In this document: positions 11,914 to 20,000 of the stretch, piece after piece
Position numbering within the stretch: position 1 is the stretch's first letter
Layout: each line of letters opens with the position of its first letter
Position numbers and translations under genes: made by a program
Notes under the pieces: model-generated
Seen by the model: the letters and a program-made list of their open reading frames with translations, nothing else
Told to the model about the DNA's origin: nothing
Database searches by the model: none
Assembly: GCA_013239625.1 (NCBI GenBank)
Contig: MU053416.1
Location: 170,428-190,427 of the forward strand
Length of the DNA: 20,000 nt
Direction: 5' to 3'
Origin: Lama guanicoe
Taxonomy: Eukaryota

Positions 11914-12136
11914 CAGAGTCAGTCATCATGATTGCCACTTTCTCATATATGGCGTTCAGGGCCATGATAATGATAAAACTGATAAGGGAAGCAGTGATGG
12001 GCGTGGCCAATCTGCACAGTCAGGTACTACTAGATTGGGTCTCTTCCATTCAGGTTCTTGGGAAGTTTTGCAGAAAATTCAATGAACACTGAAAGTCCAC
12101 AATGATCCCAATAACTGAAGCAATGGTCAACAGGAC
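11914..12136 (-). pseudogene. ANO6: ANO6 exon remnant 3 (about exon 13, TM3-TM4), 223 bp: VLLTIASVIGIIV(fs-4)LSVFIEFSAKLPKNLNGRDPI**YLTVQ(fs+1)ATPITASLISFIIIMALNAIYEKVAIMMTDS
   Basis: Acceptor tgtcAG and donor GTAAGC are intact. 4-bp deletion at about 12097 removes YR of IIVYRLS. TAG TAG at 12027-12032 replaces QK. 1-bp insertion at about 12009. Confidence 0.94.
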
Positions 12137-12359
12137 CTGACAACCCAAAAACCCAGCAGCATGAGACTCACTAATGATCGTATTTTTACACAGAAAACTT
12201 GCCCCCAACCCACACTTAAACAGACAACATGCATGTGCTCTAAACCTCACATAAACATGAGAAGTGATGTAACTCGCACATAAATGCCACAAGAGACCTG
12301 AATATCAGGCATGTTAAACTTTAGGGGAGGAGGAATGAAGGATGTAAAAAAGAATGAGG

Positions 12360-12490
12360 GCATCCACTAATGTAACATGCTGACAGCAGGAGCAGCTGTG
12401 TGCAGGGCATAGGGAATATATGGGAACTCCACTTTCTATGAATTTTTCTGTAAACCTAAAACTGCACTAAAGAAGGAAGCCTGTTAAGTA
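12360..12490 (+). mobile_element. Old L1M (L1MC/MD-like) 3' end
   Basis: gggaatatatgggaactccactttctatgaatttttctgtaaacctaaaactgcactaaa is a typical L1M 3' terminus. Confidence 0.75.
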
Positions 12491-13214
12491 TATCTTTAAA
12501 TGGGTGAAAATGGAGTAACTGGTGGCATGTTCTTTTGGAGACAAGTCTGTGATAGCAGAACCAATGAAAACATCCCTTCTACATCTATAGAATTACTTAG
12601 ATTATGAACTAATTGTAACCCATGAAGGGGATATGCCTCCTTTCAAGGGAGAACCTATCACTGATTCAGGGGTCAGCAGGTGCTAGCTGTCGTCTTCATT
12701 CTGAATAGGACCAGTGAAGCTGTGGACATGCCATGAGGGAAATACTGGAAGTGACAGCAGGTCTCTGCTGATGGAAGCTTCACATGCTTTTCATACTCCT
12801 TGAGATCTTAAAATGGCAGGTATTCATACTCCCTGCATTTGCACAAGATTCATGTCCCTGATCCAGTGTAGTTCTGACTGTGTGGAACCAAGGGCAGTGG
12901 GGGTGTCTGAAGCATAATTTACACGTGCCTGATAGGGTTTCAGTTCCTCACTCGGCAGGTATTCTTCTGGCCACTGAAGAATGCACATTAAAGATCCCAT
13001 TTTTAAACTGTTTTCTTTCCATCTACCTTCTTGATCATAGTCCAGAAGCATGTACTCAGTGTCCCTGGCTGCTCCTGATGGCTGCCCCAGAGAGAAAGCT
13101 ACAAAGAATGTGAATTTCAAGACTAAGTGAATCACATCATGTTATTTACAGTAACAGCCAGAGGTTGGCTTGCACCTGCAGGGGAGAGCAGAGGGAGTGT
13201 TTACAAGCCCCTCC

Positions 13215-13435
13215 TGGAGCCAGACTCCTGCATCTGGTTCCCAGCTCCATGCTAGCTGTGGGGCCTTGTGCAAATTTCTTAACCTCTAGGGGCTTCAATC
13301 GCCTCACTCATATAATGGGGGATAATAATAGCAATTTATAGGATTATTGTGATGAGTCAATGATTTACTAATTGTGAAAACAGTTAGAACATTAACCACA
13401 GGCATGTGAAAAACTCTACCTAAGTATTAGCTATG
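13215..13435 (+). mobile_element. MIR SINE
   Basis: ctggagccagactcc...ccagctccatgctagctgtgggccttgtgcaaatttcttaacctct...taatggggataataatag...gtattagctat. Confidence 0.85.
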
Positions 13436-13794
13436 AATATGGAGATCAAAGTCTTAAAAAGTTGTTTTTCTTAGTTTTTAAGCCATCAGTTTATAGAGAA
13501 AGCATTTTATTTCCTCCTCTACTCTCTTTCATCATTCTTTTCTTCACAGTTAAGGCTTCATGCTTGTGAAAGAATAACTTTTTGGTGTGTGTGTGATTAA
13601 ATGTGCAAATTAGTTAAGGCTGAGAAAACTGTATTATAGAAGGTATATTAAGCCTTCCTCTCTTGTACAGCACATATAGGCCATTTAAATAGTATGCATT
13701 TTTAAAAAAGTCTACATAATAATTTTTAAATTATGTATTAAGTATTCATAATAGTTAAGATTCTTTAAATGATTACTATTGCTTCAGCACACAT

Positions 13795-13935
13795 CTATTT
13801 TTCTAAATCCTCACAATCACCCTGTGGGTAAGGTAATGTTATATCTCTTTTACAGATGAGGAAATAGAGCCACATGGAGATGATGCAATTTGCCCCAAAT
13901 GAAGCAACTATTAAGTGAAAGGACTGAAATACTCA
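13795..13935 (-). mobile_element. MIR SINE fragment
   Basis: aatcctcacaatcaccctgtgggtaagg...ttttacagatgaggaaatagag is the antisense MIR core. Confidence 0.8.
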
Positions 13936-14239
13936 AAGAGCCCAAAGACACACTAACTGTATAGCACTGTCTCCTACATGGTCTGTGAAATCAATTCTAA
14001 TTCATTTCAGAACTTTTACAAACTTGACACATTTCCATTTTTCTTCCAAGCACTTAATGGGTTCACTATTTCTTAAGAAACAGGAAAGCTTTCCATTCTC
14101 ACTTTTCTGATCATAACTTTAATATTTGCTCATTAAAGAAAATTTGAAAGTACTCAGTAGTGGACAGAAGTGCTGTCCTGGATATGTCCCCAGTCTTAAG
14201 AGGACCCAGATTTTGCTTTAGGATAAATAACCTCCCTTC

Positions 14240-14730
14240 TGTTTTCAGTCCTGTGATTTAAGCTCAATTGACCCATTCTTTCTGAAGCACCAGAGGTTAA
14301 TCTCAGTTGGTTTAAGACAAATAATACCCCTCATTCTATTGGCCTCACACATGATTTGAGAATTGGCAAATAACCCAGTAAGAGCCACTATTATGTGGGG
14401 AGATACGTGCTGGTGCCCATGTGAATGATAAGCTTCCTCTGTCAAGAGAGGAAGCTGCCAAAAGAGACCTCTCTTGATTTAGATTGATATGTGATCTGGG
14501 ATGCTGAGTGCCAAAAGCAGCATGCTGAAACATCCTTGGACACAGAATGAAAGTACAAAACCTTGACATCATCTGGGATACAGTATCTCTCCTTGACTGA
14601 AGCCAGACCTCAGGCCTGAGGTTTTCATTTACAGGAACCAATAAATACCATCCATCCCCATTTTTTGGTTGTTGTTTAAACACATTGGAGATTGATTTTG
14701 TTACCTACAATCAAAAGATTCCAACTCTGA
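14240..14730 (+). mobile_element. Old MaLR LTR (MLT1J/K/L-like), boundaries approximate
   Basis: 3' signature ctgaagccagacc...catttacaggaaccaataaat...tttaaacacattggagattgattttgttacctacaatcaaaagattcc. Confidence 0.6.
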
Positions 14731-14759
14731 AAATGAATAAAAAATAAAATAAGAAAATG

Positions 14760-16060
14760 CTTCTACCTATAGACATAATTCCTTCAAAACTGTGCAGTTT
14801 GTATATTACAAATCATTTTATATATTAATTTTATTCTCAAGCCTATCATAAGCATAACACTTCGACATGTCATAAAATATTTTCATAGACACACCTTTTC
14901 ATGGCTGCATAATATTCTACTATGTGAAGGGTTGGAAGAATATTTTGGCTGAGATTTTATATATATATACATATAAAAGTATGTCTGTGACTTGCATCCA
15001 TACTGATTTTCCCTGCCATTTTGAAATACTTTCTGATTAAAAGCTGAATTAGTGGATTAAAGCATATGAATATTTTTAACTCTTGATATGAACTGCCAGA
15101 CTGCTTTCTAAGAAGGCTGGAGGAGTACACCAGAAATTAACACAGCATTGTAAATCAACCATACTTCACAAAAAATATCCAGTAACCTAGGCATGGGATT
15201 GGTGTTCACTGGCACTTCATCCTCATAAACAGACCTGTGTCACTTGAGATGTGGAAAACCATTTCATTTTGATGTGCACTGACTGAATTACCATTGGAAT
15301 GTGACATATAGTTTTTCCTTTGTGAATGTGTGTTCATCTTCTCTGCCTTCTACGCTCCTGAGTTTTTTTGATGTTACCTTTGAAGTGATCTGAACTCTCT
15401 ATGTATTGAATCTGCCCCTTGTCAGATTTGTAAACAAATAACATTCTCTGGTGTTTTGTTTAAAATTAAGATGCTTCTGGTGAATGAAAATCTTTATATA
15501 TTTTCCTCTGAAACTTACTGCTCATCTAGAGGTTGTATATTCATCCATATTTATTTCTAGTTTTTTTCTAATTGTGTTACTTTTTAAAATGTTTCTGGAA
15601 TTTATCACAATATATGGTTCACTGTATGATTTCAATCTTTTCTTTTCCCCCCAATTAGCTAACAAGTGTTCCATTTACTGAATAACCTTTATTTATCTCC
15701 CTGATTTGTAATGCCTTCCATCTCTTACATTAAATTATTATTGATATCAGAGCCCATATCTGGACTTCCTGTCCTATTTTCTAATCTGGCTATTCTTGAA
15801 CTAGTAAAACTCTCATTATCTTATTAATTATTATATTACTAATATGATTTTATTCACAATAAACCCCAAATCAATTTTATAACTTCTGATATTTTGGAGA
15901 TATGATCTTTTAATCTAGAATCATGTGATTAAAGCATCTTTTATATCTTTCAGTAGTTTTTACTTTTTTTTTGATAGTTCCTACTATCCTTTTGTTAGGC
16001 TAGTCTTAGACATTTTACCTTGGTTGTTACTCTTGGAAAATTTTAGAATTCTTAATGCCT
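14760..16060 (-). mobile_element. Degraded L1ME-like LINE fragment
   Basis: T-rich antisense L1M motifs: ttttcatggctgcataatattctact; gaattagtggattaaagcatatgaatattttt; tgccagactgctttct; ccatttactgaataacc. Confidence 0.65.
15125..15175 (+). mobile_element. Very short artiodactyl L1 3' tail nested in the older L1
   Basis: gtacaccagaaattaacacagcattgtaaatcaaccatacttcacaaaaaa is closely similar to 5851-5904 of this window. Confidence 0.75.
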
Positions 16061-16309
16061 CCATCTGGTCTCTTATTCAGACACTGGAGAATCCTAAATC
16101 ACTGATCTGATTTGAACAAATGAGGTGAAAAGAATTGGGGGAAGCACTGTGAGCAGAAGAGCCTGTGGAACCTCCAGAGTGGTGCCCTGCGTTGGCTCAG
16201 ATGTTCTCTGGGAAAAATTTTCTCTATGAGACTACATAGTTCCCCGCTTGACTTTCAGTTTTCTCTGCATTTCACATTAGATTTTAAAAAGTCTGTGCCA
16301 GGTTCTTAC

Positions 16310-16385
16310 CCAGAAAGAGAGCACTTGCATAAAGGGTTATATGTATACACTTTCCCCAGGTGGTAAAGGGAACACGCTCTTCTTC
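16310..16385 (-). pseudogene. ANO6: ANO6 exon remnant 2 (about exon 12), 76 bp: EEERVPFTTWGKCIHITLYASALF(fs)W
   Basis: Acceptor ttttaattAG and donor GTAAGA are intact. Length is 76 bp versus 78 expected for 26 codons (EEERIPFTAWGKCIRITLCASAVFFW), i.e. a 2-bp deletion in the T-run of FFW. Confidence 0.92.
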
Positions 16386-16950
16386 CTAATTAAAAAAACA
16401 AGTTTAGTCAATCAAGGGATTACACCAATGAAATGATTTTTCTCCTAACTGGTCACTAAATCCTAAACATAATTTAAAAAAATAATAATTTTCAGACATA
16501 GCCTCCTTATTTGTAACTGCATGAGGTTTTTTTCTTTTTTTTTCTTTTCTGTTAACTATGTCAAACACACAACAAAATATGTACAGTGTTCATTTTAATA
16601 CTATTTTTTGAAAATGCACATGTGAACAGTAAACTGTTTCCCTGCCATGGTCTGAGCTTAGGGGTCTGGGTACCTGACGAGGCCAAGCTGTAAAGCTCTG
16701 TTCCTGAGCTTGCCTTAGATTTCAGAAGTGATGCTAATGACAGCTTAGAGTCCGTGCAGGACAGGAAGTTTCACAGGTGTCTGCAGAAAACTGGTCTCCA
16801 CTGTGTGTTTCTTGGTTGAGCTTTATGTGTTAATTAGCTACAACTATGAAGTTTTAGAGTTTCCATTTTAGAGTTTATATTTAGATTTTTTTTTTAGAGA
16901 TGAAATCATTAAGACTCAAGATTTACCAGGATTATAAAAGCAGATATAGT

Positions 16951-17200
16951 ATAATAATAGCTGTAACTAAGTACATGGCCCTTCCTCTGTGCCAGGAAGT
17001 CTTCCAAGTAGATTCTGTACATTAATTTGACCCATCCTTACCACAGTCATTAGGAAGCAACTCTCTTGTTCTTATTTTATAGGAAACTATGGCACAGAGA
17101 AGTTAAGTTGTCCAAGATCACTCAGGAAGCAAGCTGCTGTGTTCAAATATGAATTTAGGCAACTTCATTCCCAAGGTCTCACTACCACAATGCTGGCCTC
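16951..17200 (-). mobile_element. MIR SINE
   Basis: ataataatagc...ctctgtgccagg...aggaaactatggcacagagaagttaagttgtccaagatcactcag...ctaccacaatgctggcctc. Confidence 0.8.
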
Positions 17201-18438
17201 TCTAAACAATGGAGCATGCATTCGCAACTAAAGTAAAAAGCTTCAATTAAAAAACTAAAAAAAAAATTAAATAATTTTTTAAATAAGGAAGAACGATAAA
17301 GTGAAATGAGTCTTCATCTTCAATTTTTCAACAAGCATGTTCCAATGAAAATTTAAACATTATTTGGCAATTTTAAATTTAAAATTGGCAGTTTAAATGA
17401 CCAAAAAACTTTTCTTCAGTATTTTTTTATGCTGCCAATATGATAAGTTTTTGTTTTTCAGGACTCGAAAACATTGTGAACATCTAATTTTGTCTAAGTT
17501 TCAGCTTTCATCTCTGAATGTAGAGTCTTTCACCAACATATGCTTTGAACCCCATCTTCAGTTGTAAATAATGGGAACTATTCATAATGGGGATTATTAG
17601 AAGCTTATTACATTGTAAAAGACAAATGTCACTTTCTATTGGTAGCTGAACCTCATTTTTTTCATTTATAAAAAGAGGAGTTTGACCTGCTCCCTCTAGA
17701 CCTTTTCAGTGCCAACATTCTGTAGATCTGTTATTCAATTTATAAAATCTATAGTTGGAGACATTTTCAGATGCTCCTAGTAAAAGCAGTTTCTTTCCAA
17801 GTGTTATTCATGCTCACAATCTACTGTCCTGCTGCTGCTGACTGCAAGTACCATCAGCTCTAAATTATCTCAATTGAGGGAAAGAAGCAATAATACAGAT
17901 GACTCAAAAAATCATCTTTTCATAGCTCTGGAATGTTGATACAAAGATATATAGTTTTATTTTTTTAATTTTGCAGCAGGAGTGGCAGCAATAAATTTAC
18001 ATTTCCAGTTATATAAAATGCCTAGCTCAAACACTGCTTAAACACTGATGGCACCTCAACAAAGGTTTCCCTGCTTCCTCTACATTTTCTCTGCCTTTAG
18101 GATGAGAGCCATGCTGCTTTGTGCACATCCCAACCGGAAGGGGGAGCAGTGACCGGGACTTAGTTCAAGACAATGGGGCACCTAGTCTACGATGAAAAGG
18201 AGGCCGCAATAATGAAGGCATATGTGAAAAAATGGAAGTCAACTATAAAAACCAATGTGTCTTTCCTTCTACATCTATGTCATAGTGGCTAACTTATATT
18301 TTGCATTTTTTATTGGTGTTATGAAAGGATACAAATCAATGCCTCTTTTCTTATATATTTATACCAGTCTTTTTCTTTTCCCCCTTTTTACTGTTATTAT
18401 GAAGGACCACACTTCTCTTCTGTGTCCACCATTCCAGG

Positions 18439-18616
18439 CAGTGCTCCTTCAGCTTGGCTGCACATTAGAATAACCAGAGGAGCTTTAAAAACTTCCCTAT
18501 GCCCGAATGCACCCCAGGCCACTAAGTACCATCAGAGTTTGCAGTGATGTAATCCAGGCATCAAAATTTTTTAAGGTCCCCTGGTGATTCCAACAAGAAG
18601 CCAAGGCTGACAAGTC
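18439..18616. mobile_element. MER5-family (hAT-Charlie) non-autonomous DNA transposon
   Basis: cagtgctccttcagcttggctgcacattagaataaccagaggagctttaaaaa...ccaggcatc...ttttttaaggtcccctggtgattccaa...gccaaggctga. Confidence 0.8.
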
Positions 18617-18661
18617 CAGAAGTAAACAGACTAAAGTGCATCTAAACAGCGCCCGCTTTTC

Positions 18662-18798
18662 CTGGGTAATCTCATCTATCTCCACGTGGGGACACCGCAC
18701 CTCCTATTCTGGCCGGACTTGTTCTTCCTGCTCAACTGTGTCCCATTTGTACTCAAGTTCTGTCTGGCGCCGCTTCCAGAACTCCAGAAGTAAGGTGA
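18662..18798 (-). pseudogene. ANO6: ANO6 exon remnant 1 (about human exon 11), 137 bp: TLLLEFWKRRQTELEYKWDTVEQEEQVRPE*EVRCPHVEIDEITQ
   Basis: Acceptor ctctgttAG. In-frame TAG at 18704-18706 where ANO6 has Tyr (RPEYE). Two codons are missing relative to VELQQEEQ. The donor reads CAG|GAAAAG instead of CAG|GT. Confidence 0.93.
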
Positions 18799-19128
18799 CT
18801 AACAGAGAGAGAGAACAGCAGAATACAGATCTTCAGTGATGACTGATGCTTCAGAAACCTGTACTTAATATTTATTACCCTTAACACTTTGGTAAATGGT
18901 TAATAAAATCACATTTTATTTATAGGCGATATTAAAGAGAAACATGAATTAATGCCTTTTTTTTAAGAAAAAAGAAAATGTAGATAATTTATTGAACTTG
19001 TGAAAACAGACTATCTAGCTCTCTAGCTCAGGGGAAAGGTATTAACGTTATGGTCAGAGGCAAGTGACTGTGTCTGATGCTAAAATACCTGTTACCAGCA
19101 CATTATGCCCACTAAAAACACAAACATT

Positions 19129-19234
19129 GGGAGGAAGGGTGGGTATAGCCCAGTGGTAGAGCATGTGCTTAGCATGTACAAGGTCCTGGGTTCAAGCCCC
19201 AGTACCTCCATTAAAAAAGAAAGTTAAAAAAAAA
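19129..19234 (+). mobile_element. tRNA-derived SINE resembling the camelid vic-1 family
   Basis: G-rich head, then gggtatagcccagtggtagagcatgtgcttagcatgtacaaggtcctgggttcaagccccagtacctcca with Pol III A box (about 19146-19157) and B box (about 19189-19199), then an A-tail. Partial flanking repeat AAAAACACAA at 19114-19123 and 19230-19239. Confidence 0.85.
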
Positions 19235-19569
19235 CACAAGTAACTGTCATAATTTAAAAGCGGTGCACAGTCCACCCTCCAAGCCTTCTCCTCACATCCC
19301 TGTCTCTTCTGTCCAATGGACCTGAGGGTGGAGAAGGGGATGAGAATGCGTTCTTAGCCCCTGCATTTCTATTTTCCACCACCCCAGTCACACAAAATTA
19401 AAATAATATTCTTAATTATGGAAAACTGCAATTTTCCTCAATCTTCGGTAAAGTAATTTTTAGAAATCGTCATTCTGTTTTAAAACTCATAACTTCAAAT
19501 AGTAGACAAAAACAGCATGAAATGTTAATTGAAAATGTGGCTTCAGGGTAAATCCCCTAAGCCCATTAT

Positions 19570-19990
19570 ACCTGAGACCATGCTCTGAGAATAAAGAGGA
19601 AAAAGACACAGTCCCTGCTTCCGGGAGCTCCTAGGTGCACAGGAGTCATCGTGAAATGATGGCTGAGGAGGCGTGTTAAGAGGGCTGGGCTAACATTCAG
19701 CAGAGGGTGCTCGGGGCAGGGAGCCAGAACTGTAGCCAAGGCTCTCCCAGAGGTGGGAACCACTGTGCTGATTTCTGAGATGCCCTAGATGTGATGAGGT
19801 GAAGGTATAATGTTAAGGCAGTTACTCCCTGGGGAGCTGCTCATGCAAAGGAGGGAGGCCAAAGAGAGCCAGAGATGCCCTAGATGAGGTGAAGGTATAA
19901 TGTTAAGGCAGTTACTCCCTGGGGAGCTGCTCATGCAAAGGAGGGAGGCCAAAGAGAGCCAGGTCCCTTCCAGGAACTGGAAATAGTCTA
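19570..19990 (-). mobile_element. Probable LINE-2 fragment
   Basis: ccatgctctgagaataaagaggaaaagacacagtccctgcttccgggagctcctag resembles the antisense L2 3' region. Confidence 0.5.
19777..19961. repeat. Direct tandem duplication, 2 copies (95 bp and 90 bp)
   Basis: 19777-19871 and 19872-19961 are identical except for a 5-bp indel (tagatgtgatgagg versus tagatgagg). Confidence 0.97.
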
Positions 19991-20000
19991 GAATAGAAGT

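Larger units (their letters stand above)
3746..18798 (-). pseudogene. ANO6: Unprocessed (intron-containing) ANO6/TMEM16F pseudogene, internal part; flanking exons not seen in the window
   Basis: Six exon remnants lie in correct ANO6 order on the minus strand, with canonical AG acceptors and matching phases. They translate to ANO6-like peptides (EFWKRRQ..EITQ / EEERVPFTTWGKC / IASVIGIIV..YEKVAIM / FLFQFVNYY / [10 protein letters not shown] / PMGKLGL). All six carry stops, frameshifts or dead donors. Confidence 0.93.

Noticed and set aside
12050..12292. 80-aa minus-strand ORF containing VLLTIASVIGIIV
   Set aside because: It is intron sequence running into the frameshifted ANO6 exon remnant, not an independent gene.
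18497..18700. 67-aa minus-strand ORF starting RCPHVEIDEITQ
   Set aside because: It is the post-stop tail of exon remnant 1 reading through the dead donor into intron and MER5 sequence.
3746..18798. Interpretation as a functional ANO6 gene with sequencing errors, or as a processed pseudogene
   Set aside because: Lesions include substitution stops, CpG-type transitions and 4-, 6- and 7-bp deletions in every exon, unlike homopolymer errors. Introns are present, which excludes a retrocopy.
19141..19210. tRNA-like sequence ending in CCA
   Set aside because: The stems are imperfect, and it has a G-rich 5' extension, an A-tail and a partial flanking repeat. It is a SINE, not a tRNA gene.

Overview
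Mammalian genomic DNA, probably camelid (it carries a vic-1-like tRNA-derived SINE and an artiodactyl-type L1 3' end), with one 47-N assembly gap. The main content is on the minus strand: six consecutive intron-separated exon remnants of an anoctamin gene that best match ANO6/TMEM16F, the Ca2+-activated phospholipid scramblase. They cover the end of TM2 to TM7, roughly human exons 11-16. Every exon is damaged. In 827 bp of exon sequence I count 5 stop codons in the ancestral frame, 5 frameshifting indels, 2 destroyed splice donors and one 6-bp in-frame deletion. This is therefore an unprocessed ANO6 pseudogene, either a lineage-specific loss of TMEM16F or a dead duplicate; the window alone cannot distinguish these. 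The rest is intronic sequence with old L2, MIR, L1, MaLR and MER5 repeats, microsatellites and a near-perfect 90/95-bp tandem duplication. Comparisons with human ANO6 and with repeat consensuses are from memory and need confirming by alignment.
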